Assembly (NCBI RefSeq): GCF_044704955.1
Contig: NC_091984.1
Coordinates: forward strand, 147,684,001 to 147,748,000
DNA from: Pristiophorus japonicus
Lineage: Eukaryota
Length of the DNA stretch: 64,000 nucleotides
Direction: 5' to 3'
Shown here piece after piece: positions 38,387-48,864 of the stretch; within the stretch, counting starts at the first letter, position 1; the number at the start of each line of letters is the position of its first letter. Below the pieces are notes generated by a model. The model did not search any database, was not told the origin of the DNA, and was given only the letters and a program-made list of their open reading frames with translations. The position numbers were made by a program, and so were the translations under genes.

Positions 38387-38404
38387 GTCCTGCCGCGGTC
38401 ACCA
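38387..38404 (-). promoter_or_regulatory. Primer-binding site complementary to tRNA-Arg(UCG)
   Basis: Plus strand GTCCTGCCGCGGTCACCA vs the recalled vertebrate tRNA-Arg-TCG 3' end GTCCTGCCGCGGTCGCCA (17/18); 5 nt from the LTR end. Confidence 0.85.
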
Positions 38405-39068
38405 ATTTCTGTAGGTTGTTTTTCACTCTACTCTGATTCTTAGGCCTGGGAACTTGTAGTGGGAAAGGACAACACGTGGTACAACATTTAGGCTTCACCC
38501 AGTGTCAGTTTTATTATGCACAAAAACCGTCGAAAACTACAGGACTAGACTTCTGAGAGAAATCGACTGAAATCATACAATTGCCCTTCCTGGCTGTAGC
38601 TATTGTAGGTTCGTGGTCATTGGTTCCGTGACCGGTTGGTTCTTCTTCTGGCCGTTCTCTGCAGTGCTGTTACTTCTGTGTACGTTCCGTACAACATGTT
38701 CTTCCGTCCATTCATCTGTTCGTGCTTTCGACCTGTGTCCATCTGTACAGGTGTCCTTCTACTTCTTCTGTGTGCTTCTTCTTCCGTCTGTTCCTGTCCT
38801 TGTTCCATCTCCTGCTGAGCTGCTTCTAGCTCACATATTTATATCCAGGTTATGACAGATCTCCCGCCACTGCGGTTTCTGATAGTGTTTGCATCAATAC
38901 ATTGTTTTGTGGTCCCCTTGGTTGATTGATTACAATAATGAACTCGTCTGTTTTCCCATTTGCACACTGAGTCTGCAAGGCTCAAGTTGATTTCTCATCT
39001 TAACACCTCATCCTAAAAAATGTGCAACTGTTGTGGTTCCTTTGTTGTCAGGTCCTTTTACAGACTTG

Positions 39069-41939
39069 GGGCTAGAACCTCCTCTTTTATTGCCTGTTTA
39101 ATGCCCACTTAACACCCATTTTACCACTGAAATGACATATAACGCCCAGATATCACCCATTTTGGCACAAAATGGAAACTGACGGGCTTTTTTAGGAGAC
39201 TTGTCGCCGAGCGTTACTTTCCCAATGGGCTTAACGCAGAGAATAAATATTATCGCCCGCCTACTTTTTTGGGGCGAAATCAGCAGAATGGGCAAATTCA
39301 ACGCCCAGATTATCACTCAGCGTTACTTTCCTCATGGAATTAACGCCGAGATTCAACATTAACACCCGCCGACTGTTTTTTGTCATGAAGAGCATATTTA
39401 CCCAAAGTAACGGCCATGGAGATCACCCACCGTCAATTTCACCACCTCGTACACATATCGCCCACAATATCGCTCGCTCAAAAAACCACCCACAAAAAGT
39501 GGAACTAACCAGAACGAATCACAGCGTTATGGACGCCGTGATGTAGATCACATGTCGCGTCCTTTCACCTCGACAGAGTTCGGATGTACTCTGCAGGTCG
39601 TTGGAGTTGATTTGAACATCTCTGAAAACATCTTGACCACACTGTGACCGATTGGAATTGAAGAGGTGTGCTCGTCGGGACATTCTTTGATTGTGTGCAA
39701 TCGGTGACAGACAGAGAGCTACTGCAATGGGGCCTGTCCTTTCTCACCCTCTCTTGGTGACCAAATATATGCAGCAGACTCAACATCGCTGAAGGAACGC
39801 GACATTGCATTATGTGCCCAATGTACAAAATAACAGTCAGATGAGGAGGACCAGACGTTACACCCCCCGGATAGGAGAAGCATTCTTACCTCGACTTGCC
39901 TGACACCACCTGCCTTCGGAGACTGCGCTTCCACAAAGAGGTTATCACTGAGGTATGCCAGCTGATAAGGGCAGGCCTACAGTCTACCAGCACCATCAGA
40001 ACTGCACTGTCCATCGAGGTCAAAGTCACCACGCCACTATCGTTCTATGCTTCGGGTTCTTTTCAGGCCACAGCTGGCGACATTTGCAGACTTTCTCAGC
40101 ATGCCACACATTGCTGCATTAGACAGGTCACTGAAGCCCTGTACGCACGCAGGAGGGACTTGATTAGCTTCCCTATGACCAGGAAGGCACAGAGTGAGAG
40201 GGTTCGAGGTTTCTCCAGAATTGCAAACTTCCCCAAGATGCAGGGAGCAATAGACTACGCACATCGCGATGTGGGCACCTTTTCAGGATGCCGCAAGGGA
40301 TTCCACTACCTGAATGTCCAGCTGATTGTCGACCACCAGCAAATTATACTGGCAGTGAATGCTCAATTTCTGGGCAGCATCTATGCTGCACACATCCTGC
40401 ATGAGAGCATTGTATCTGACTTGTTTAACATTGAGCCACAAGGTTAATGCTGGAAACTTGGGGCCAAAGGATATGGCCTTGCCACCTGGCTGATGACCCC
40501 CTGCGTGACACCCACACTGAGGCCGAGAGGTGATACAACGAGAGCCACAGAGCAACTCGCAATATTGTGGAGAAAACCATTGGAGTGCTGAAGCAGCGCT
40601 TTCGATGCCTGGACCACTCAGGTGGTGAGCTCCAATACTACCCTGAGCAGGTAGCTCAATTCGTGGTGATGTGCTCCATGCTGCACAACTTGGCTATCAG
40701 GAGGGGACAAGAATTGTCTGATGAGCCTGACAGTCCACCTCACCAGAGAGAGGAAGAGGAGGACGAGGAGGCGGACGCCGACATCAGGTCAGACAATCAG
40801 GCTGATGCTGAAGCCATGCCCCCGCCCTTCTGTAGATCGCATGAAAGGGCCCATGGTGGCATGATAGCTGCAAGCGCCTTACGCCAGGAGCTCATCAATG
40901 ATCGCTTTGCCTGAAAGAACGTTGGTGTTATTTCCACAGCTGACACACTGCTGGGTGTGCAGGTCATAAATTAATTGTGGGCATCACCTTGGTGACTGTT
41001 AAAGTTTACTTTGATTATATCCTTTGATGTTAACAAATCACCAGCGTGTTACGGTACAGCTATCTGAGCCAATGTGCTGCAAGGTTTTGTTCAATAAAAA
41101 ACATTTAAACCGAACATTAGTCTGAAATCATCAGTATTTCTGTACAAACCAACCCTTCCCCCCACCCACCCCACTTCTCCTCCCCAACTCTACCCCTTCC
41201 CCTTCCCCTTCTGACTCCAAGCCGCCTGACCGCGGAGGTTCTCAGGCGATGCTTCATTGTGAGGTGGGTGGTGATGGACAAAGCACTGCTTGGACGGATA
41301 TGGGAGAAGATGGTCCCAAGGTGGGAACGTGCTTCGAGCCAGAAGCGAGATGTTGCTCCTGGCTCTCATGTGTGGTTGGCAATGGGGTTGCATCACCTTG
41401 GGGTGTAGTGCGGCACTCGGGATCACTGGGAGCCCTCTGCCACCAGTGTTCCTGGCTACCAGCTCCAGGGCCTCCTCCATCCCTTACATTTTATATGTTA
41501 CTTGTGGGACAAAAACTCGACGCCAACTATGTTCTTGGTGCTTAGTGCGCTTTTTGCTGCTGGTGAATCTCCCTCGTGCCTCCCACAACAGCCAGACAGG
41601 CACACACCACAGCCACACACGCTTTCAGTGCCTCTGAGCTCCCTCTCTCTCTGTCTCCTCTTCTGCGTATGTCATGGTTACCCTTGACCTCCAGAATCGA
41701 GGGAATGGACCATTGCCATGCTGTGGCTAAGGACGACCACACTTTACAACAGAAGGTCAGAAAAATTTAACGCTGCCGCCCATTTGAACTCGTTCGCGGT
41801 AACGCCCATTTTCAAAGATGTAAACTAAGTGTTTTGAGAATGGGCGAGAAGCCGGCGATCTGAAAATCCTTTTTTACCACCCACACTGGAAATCACGCCC
41901 ATTTTTGGGTGCTAAGCTCAAAAGTGGAGGTTCTAGCCC
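39069..41939 (+). mobile_element. Harbinger/PIF transposon with both ends intact, inserted in the 5' LTR
   Basis: 20-bp TIR GGGCTAGAACCTCC(T/A)CTTTT; 3-bp TSD TTG; removing it restores cagacttggtgtctcc as in the 3' LTR. Confidence 0.95.
39727..40914 (+). pseudogene. Harbinger transposase (HARBI1-like), frameshifted
   Basis: CLRRLRFHKE, FYASGSFQ, QGAIDYAH, KGFHYLNVQL, EKTIGVLKQRFRCL. Confidence 0.93.
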
Positions 41940-42279
41940 TTGGTGTCTCCGGTGAGCTTGTTTTCCGCACCCTGGTCAATCAAGTTCAGGGCCTCACGTA
42001 ACAACTCCATTCTTGTTATGCATGGAGTCAGTTTTAGTTCCTGACCACAGAATGTCCTTAATTGTCCAGCTTCTTTCCAAAAGCTGGTATTAAGCAATTT
42101 TTAGTTCAAGGTCTCCTTCTGTGATTTTCTGAAGATTGGTAACCTTACACACAACACCTCACCTCTCCCACCCCCCAAAACCGCCCCTCGCCCAACCACA
42201 ACACCGCCCCCAACTCCCACCCCCAACACAACTCCTCTCCATCCCCCAACACCGTCCCTCTCCCAACTCCAACACCCAC

Positions 42280-43938
42280 CTTAAACTGACACACACAGCA
42301 GGCAGGACTTATATGGGCACATGACCCCCCAGGGGACACATCACCACTGAGGGCTCATGTCCCCTGGCCTCACAATGGAAACCACGGCAACACAGAAACC
42401 ACAGGGGTGGACCAATCACAGCAAAGTGCTACAGACTGTGCATTTGTGCCTGAGAGAGCAACGAGGAGAGAGCTTCAATCTATTTAACCCTTCGATCCCT
42501 GGCTGCCGTCTGAAAACTAAGCCCGAGTTGGCAGAGGTGGTGACTACATTATTCCCGCTGTTATTCTGCCCCCTGCTCATTCATCTCAACCCCTGTGTTA
42601 ATGTTTCTCTGCTCAATGGTACTGCTCCCCACGGCAAATCCAACCAGAGAGATTTCTCAGCTGGGTATGAAACATGGAGAAGCAGAGATGGGCATGGACT
42701 GTGTGGGGGCACTAAAGGACCCACTGGCTCCGACCAATAATAAAACAGTCAGTAAGGACACGGTGAAAAGTGGGGGATGGGATCAGATGATGGACCTGGG
42801 CAAGTCCGACAAGGAGGCTGTCCTGCCGGCCAGAGCAATGGTGAAATACTCTGGCCTCAGCCTGCCTGGCATTGTGGAAGGGCAGTCAGCTCCGATCATT
42901 ACCAGCCCAGACTGTCAGCCAATCACCGTGGCTTCCTCCTTCGGAGAGTTGTTCAAATCTCCACGGGTTTCACAGCTGCAGCTCACAGACACGCTGGTGA
43001 GCAGATTGTTGGGGTGTTTGCTCTACACTTGTCCAGTTTCTGTGTGTCACGGGCCTGGGCAACTTTACAATTGGAGCCCATTACTGGTCTCATAAAGTGA
43101 TGGGCACATTGATTAGTCTGAGCTTTCGACCACACATCCGCAGCATAACTAAGACCATCTATTTCCATCTCCGTAACATCGCCCGTCACCAACCCTGCCT
43201 CAGCTCATCCGCTGCTGAAACCCTCATCCATGCCTTTGTTACCTCTAGACTCGACTATTCCAACGCTCTCCTGGCTGGTCTCCCAGATTCTACTCTACTT
43301 AAACTAGCGGTGATCCAAAACTCTGCTGCCCGTGTCCTAACTTGCACCAAGTCCCGCTCACCCATCACCCCTGTGCTCACTGACCTACATTGGCTCCTGG
43401 TTAAGTAATGCCTCAATTTCAAATTTCACATCCTTATTTTTGAATCGCTCCATGACCTCGCCCCTCCCTATCTCTGTAATCTCCTCCAGCCCCACAACCA
43501 CCTCGAGATGTCTGAGCTCCTCTAATTGTGCCCCCCTGATTATAATCGCTTAACCATTGGTGGCCATGCCTTCTGTTGCCTGGGTCCCAAGCTCTGGAAC
43601 TCCCTCCCTAAACCTCTCCGCCTCTCTACCTCTCTTTCCTCCTTCAAGATGCTCCTTAAACTCTATCTCCCTGCCCTAATTTCTACTTATGCGGCTCAGT
43701 TTCAAATTTATATCGCATAATACTCCTGTGAAGCACCATGGGATGTTTCACTACGTTAAAGGCGCTATATAAATACAAGTTGTTGTTGGGAAAAACAGAA
43801 CCACAACTGTTTGTCGATAAAACCCACGCAAGGATCCAACCACTCTGTGATGCCGTGTGATAAAGTGCGGGCTGAAGCTCTCAGTGTGCTGGGGAACTTG
43901 GCCATGGGGGGAATCGGAGGGTCCAGGTGTTGCTGCAC
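42280..43938 (-). pseudogene. Candidate large decayed exon of the unidentified host gene, split by an L2
   Basis: ctgtttccatccag| acceptor at 43939, phase 0 (VQQHLDPPIPPMAKFP...); tttaag|gtgggt donor at 42279; non-repetitive composition; many stops. Confidence 0.3.
43119..43789 (+). mobile_element. L2 LINE 3' end
   Basis: FHLRNIAR, LIHAFVTSRLDYSN, ITPVLTDLHWL; tail ggcgctatataaatacaagttgttgttg. Confidence 0.93.
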
Positions 43939-44020
43939 CTGGATGGAAACAGTGAGCAGGTCACCAGGTCCTGTTGTTCAACACTGCGCTCGGTATTCCC
44001 ACGTATTGGATCTGCCGAGG

Positions 44021-44528
44021 CTTCCTCAGTAACTGGGAATGATCCAGGGGAACCCCACAGGGACTACATGGACTTCCTCAGTAACTGAGAATGATCCAGG
44101 GGAACCCAACAGGGACTACATGGACTTCCTCAGTAACTGGGAATGATCCAGGGGAACTCAACAGGGACTACATGGACTTCCTCAGTAACTGGGAATGATC
44201 CAGGGGAACTCAACAGGGACTACATGGACTTCCTCAGTAACTGAGAATGATCCAGGGGAACCCAACAGGGACAACATGGACTTCCTCAGTAACTGAGAAT
44301 GATCCAGGGGAACCCAACAGGGGCTACATGGAATTCCTCAGTAACTGAGAATGATCCAGGGGAACCCAACAGGGGCTACATGGACTTCCTCAGTAACTGA
44401 GAATGATCCAGGGGAACCCCACAGGGGCTACATGGAATTCCTCAGTAACTGGGAATGATCCAGGGGAACCAACAGGGGCTACATGGACTGCCTCAGTAAC
44501 TGAGAATGATCCAGGGGAACCAACAGGA
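44021..44528. repeat. 52-bp minisatellite, about 10 copies
   Basis: CTTCCTCAGTAACTGAGAATGATCCAGGGGAACCCAACAGGGACTACATGGA repeated. Confidence 0.95.
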
Positions 44529-44529
44529 A

Positions 44530-44940
44530 CATACCATTATTGTCCCCGAGGGGGCAAGAGGAGAGGGAAAGGTGAGGAACATACCACTATTTTCCCCGGG
44601 GGGGAGAGGAGAAGGAGAGGTGAGGAACATACAATTGTTTTCATCGTGGGGGGAGAAGAGGTGAGTACATACCATTATTTTCCCCGGGGGAGGGAGCGAA
44701 TGGGGAGAGGTGAGGAACATACCATTATTGTCCCCGGGAGGGGGTGGGAGAGGAGAGGGAGAGGTGAGGAATAAACCATTATTGTCCCCGGGAGGGACAG
44801 GAGAGGGAGAGGTGATGAGCATACCATTATTGTCCCCGGTTGGGGGAGGGAGGGAGAGAGAGAGAAAGAGAGAGGGAGGGGAGCGTTGAAGAACATACGT
44901 TATTGTCCTGGGGGGCGGGGGGGTGAGTGGAGAGGTGAAG
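44530..44940. repeat. Purine-rich minisatellite (about 45-55 bp; GAGGTGAGGAACATACCATTATTGTCCCCG plus G/A run)
   Basis: About 8 imperfect copies directly abutting the right-arm breakpoint. Confidence 0.9.
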
Positions 44941-44941
44941 A

Positions 44942-46043
44942 ATTGTAGCTCCAGCTTTCTGGCCATTTCTATCAACAATACTTTAAATCCTTAAATCCAA
45001 ATCCCCAAGAAAGAACTGTACTGTTTAGGGTGCTTGTGGGGGTGGCACTGAGGTGCATTCATATACAACCGGACATTTCACACTGACAGGCTGGGTGGCA
45101 GGGAACCCAGGCCCATTGATGTCATCACCATCTAAAGTGATTCCTGGGAACAATATCCCGAGAGGTAACTCAGAGACACTGTGCCTTCGCATTGTTAAAG
45201 CACAGTCACCACTCAGTCCCAACCCAAACTGGTGCAGGACAGGAAATGGCCGGCCCATTGTCTTCCAGAAGATAAGCCGGTTAAGCAAGATCGGTTTGTG
45301 ATCGAAACCCATTACCTGCTAATGGGGGCCATCAACTCAGGAAACGACAGACATCCAGTAATCAGCACCCATTGTCTCTCCAGATGCAAGGCCTGGGAGC
45401 GGGAAAACAAAACACAATTTTTCACAAAGATTTCAAAGGCTACGAGCTGCTCCAGGACACGGGGAGGTGGGGGGTCCAAACAGATCACCGGAGTCAATCC
45501 ATCGGTCAGTATTGGCGGGAGGAAAGGTGATGGGTTTTGGGGATATAAGGAGCCGCTTTCCAAAAAGCTCCAGCTCAGGAGGAAGAACGCTACGGAAAAA
45601 GCTCAGGAAAAAGCCCAGGAAAAAGCTCAGAAAAAACCCAGGAGTGAGACGTTCAGGAAGAAGCTGCAAGCAAGACATCGGGCAATCAGGGTGAGCATAT
45701 TGCCTGCGCCTACACATCTGCAAGAACACTTAGCTGTGTGAGGGGGGGTTTGAAAGTCCCAACCAAACCCAAGGGGTTTAGTGCTGCGGGGGGGTCCTGT
45801 GTTAGTTTATTTCACGGGAGGGTTCTTTTATTAAGCCGTGGTAACTTAGCACGGCAGGGCTTATTGGACAAGCCAGGGTTGTACTGTTTTGCACTGTTTA
45901 TGAGTGGTGTTGTTAATCTTATTCAACATAATACAGTTGAGCCTGAAAAATATGTGTCCGAGTCTGATCTATCCATATAATCCTATCGTCCAGAACTTGT
46001 AGTAGGAGGTGCATTTACGTTACGCCCGAGAAACCCACCTACA
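44942..46043 (+). mobile_element. Second copy of provirus 1 3' cargo, PPT and LTR (45751-46043)
   Basis: agggggggtt PPT followed by TGAAAG...CCTACA; inverted match to 26013-27137. Confidence 0.85.
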
Positions 46044-46520
46044 GGCACCCCCTCAGTACTGCCTCTCCGATAGTGCGGCACTCCCTCAATACTGCCCCTC
46101 CGGCAGTGCGGCACCCCCTCAGTACTGCCAATCTGACAGTGCGGCACTCCCTCAGTCCCGTCACTCTGACAGTGTGGCACTCCCTCAGTACTGCCCCACC
46201 AACATTGCGGCACTCCCTCAGTACTGACGCTCCGACAGTGCGGCATTCCCTCAGTACTGCCCCACCAACATTGCGGCACTCCCTCAGTACTGCCCCCCTG
46301 ACAGTGCAGCACTCCCTCAGTACTGCCCCTCTGACAGTGCAGCACTCCCACAGTACTGCCCCTCTGACAGTGCAGCACTCCCTCAGGACTGCACAGTAGT
46401 GTATGTCTTTATTTTACACTCAGGTCCCTGGAGTGGGGCTTGAACCCACAATACAACATTGCATCACTGGATGCCGCACAGTCTGAGCTGTGAGTCATAT
46501 CCCGACCTCAGTTGGAACAG
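46044..46520 (-). repeat. 33-bp SINE-derived tandem array plus SINE head (right-arm copy)
   Basis: About 11 copies of gcactccctcagtactgcccctctgacagtgca. Confidence 0.9.
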
Positions 46521-46792
46521 CTAACTCAGAACAAACAACAACAGCAACTTTTATACAGCACCTTTAACACAGTAAAACTCCCCGAGCGCTTCACAGGAGC
46601 GTTATAGAATAAAGATTGACAGCGAGCCACGTAAGAAGACATTGAAAATTGCAGCTCAGTCAAATTGTGAGGGAAATTGGCAGTGCTGTCTTCATACCAA
46701 AAGGGGGCGATGTTGGTTCTGAAAAGACCACATTTTTTGACAATTTCTGTGTCACTCAATTGATTGGTTTGTAAAACCCGTTTGTACCTAAC

Positions 46793-47041
46793 CTCCTGTC
46801 AGGTTTGCAGAATCATTTCCAGTTCCCCATGTGTCATTTGATGGTGGATCTCAGCGTGTATCTCCTCGTCCACTCGTGAGGCGGTGTCTCAGACCGATTG
46901 GCGGGTCAGCAGCCACTCCGCACTGCAGCGAGCATCGGCAAGCCATTCCACTATGGAAGGCCTCACCGCGGAACTCTGTACACAGGGTATAACCACACAG
47001 AGACGCTCTGCCGCCAGGTACAGCAGCAACAACCTGCATTG
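46793..47041 (-). pseudogene. Candidate 249-bp pseudo-exon (right-arm copy)
   Basis: ctatag| ... gag|gttagg; QCRLLLLYLAAERLC...ELEMILQT*QE with the same two TGA stops as the left copy. Confidence 0.5.
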
Positions 47042-47811
47042 CTATAGCAACTGGAACATTAGAACAACATCCCGAGGCAGCTGACAGAGACGTAATCTGG
47101 TCAAAGTGGTGATGAGCCAAAGAGGGAGGGGCTGGGAGGGTGATCAAAACGCTCAGTCGCAGATTGGGTTTGAAGGGAGGTCTTAAAAGAGGAGAGGGGT
47201 GGAGTGGCAGAGAGGTTTAGGGAGCAGAGAGTTAGGGCCCAGGCAGCTGAAGGCACGGCCCCCAATGGAGGGGGAAGGGAAGGGGGGGATGGATAAGAAG
47301 CCTGAGCCAGATACAGCGGCCCCTGAATACAACAACAACTTGTATTTATATAGCGAGTGTTGTGACAATGACAGACAGTGAGAATATAACCCTGATAATG
47401 TAACACAGTATTTGCAGCACTTGACACTCTGGGGAAAGCTTGTAATTTTAAATCCATGAGCTGTACATAAGCGAGAGCAGGACCTGTTTGTGGCCGGTGC
47501 GGAGATCACCACTTACAGAAGGTCGTTACTGCAGGGAATTCAGGGCCACAGTGACCTCCTGGACTAGTTTCCATCGCCTGGTGGCAGGGGCGGGGGTCGG
47601 AGAGGAGTTTCCCAGATTTATTTCCCCCAATGGGTTTTTTCCCTGGTTTTTTGCCTCTCCCAGGAGATCAGGTAGTTTTGGGTGGGGTGGAGAGTCTATA
47701 CTGTGATACACAAGGTATCACAAATGTGTGGGACGGGCTGGATTGACCACAGGGTCTTTACCTGTCCGTCACTGTCCGCGGGTTTGGGTTTCAAAGATGT
47801 CGAGCTGAATT

Positions 47812-48762
47812 GGAAAGAAAGACTTGCATTTATATAGCGCCTTTCACTACCTCAGGACATCCCAAAGAGCTTTACAGCCAATGAAGTACTTTTGAAGTGT
47901 AGTCGCTGTGGTAATGGAGGACACACCACAGACAGTGTGTGCACAGCAAGCTCCCACAAGTTACTTTGGGCCCAAATTATAACTTTTCCATGCCGAATTC
48001 CCGCCCTGGAAGCAAAATTGGGGTCACATCCCCTGACAGGTAGTGGAGTGCAATGTGGTGTACAGCATTTCCCCTGGGGGCGGGCTCAGGGGCCAGTGTC
48101 AGGCTGCACCATCGCGGCACTGACCCCGTCACATCGGCATAGAAAGGCCCGACCGGTTAGTTGTCCAAAACAAATGTCGGGGCGCAGAGGCGGGCACCGC
48201 CTGTAACTTTCACCCCGTGAGTGAAATGCGGCCCAGTTCGTGACCCACAGGCCTGGTGCGGACACGGCTCACGGGGCACTCTCCGATTCGCGTCTCTGCT
48301 AAATCGCGCGGGTAGCTCCCCCCCGCAACCGCCACTCCATACCCTCGGGGAAAACACTGTTACACCCCATAAGCGCCCTCTGGAGGCACTAATGGCAGGC
48401 ACACAGCGGGGGAATTTCATCCCCAGTCTGTTTTTGTGATGTTGATTGAGGGATAAATATTGACCAGGACACTGGGGAGAACTCCCCTGCTCTTCTTCAA
48501 AACAGTGGCATGGGATCGTTAACACCAACCTGAGAGAGCAGATGGGGCCTTGGTTTAACCTCTCGCCTGAAAGACGGCACCTCCGACAGTGCGTTACTAC
48601 CTCAGTTCTGCACTGGGACTGTCAGTGTGGATTTCTGAGAGTCTCTGGAGTGGACCATCTCTCCAGCCACGCATTCATCTGTTCTATCCTCCTATTCTGG
48701 AGTGGACCTTCAGACTCAGAGGTGAGTGTGCTGCCCATTGAGCCACAGCTGACTGAGCTGGA
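47812..48762 (-). mobile_element. SacSINE1-like SINE with an internal MITE-like insert (about 47968-48424)
   Basis: Tail, Deu-like body (gagggataaatattgaccaggacactggggagaactcccctgctcttc) and tRNA-like head. Confidence 0.85.
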
Positions 48763-48864
48763 AACTTAAGGCTCATTAATGGCCCATCGACGGTGTTCGC
48801 CCTCAGTGGGGTGAACAAATCCAGAAATTATGGCCAGAATGATGTAGGTCAGGCCATTATTTGC

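Larger units (their letters stand above)
27918..42149 (-). mobile_element. Lokiretrovirus-like endogenous provirus 2 (LTR-PBS-gag-pro-RT-RH-RH-IN-env-PPT-LTR), decayed
   Basis: LTRs 27918-28735 and 38410-42149 (the latter split by a Harbinger); PPT AAAGGGGGAAG; Arg-tRNA PBS; all genes recognisable in retroviral order; family assignment inferred from dual RNase H plus env. Confidence 0.85.

Noticed and set aside
44021-44940. CRISPR-like repeat array
   Set aside because: Units are contiguous or separated only by G/A runs; no unique spacers, no cas genes, and the context is eukaryotic
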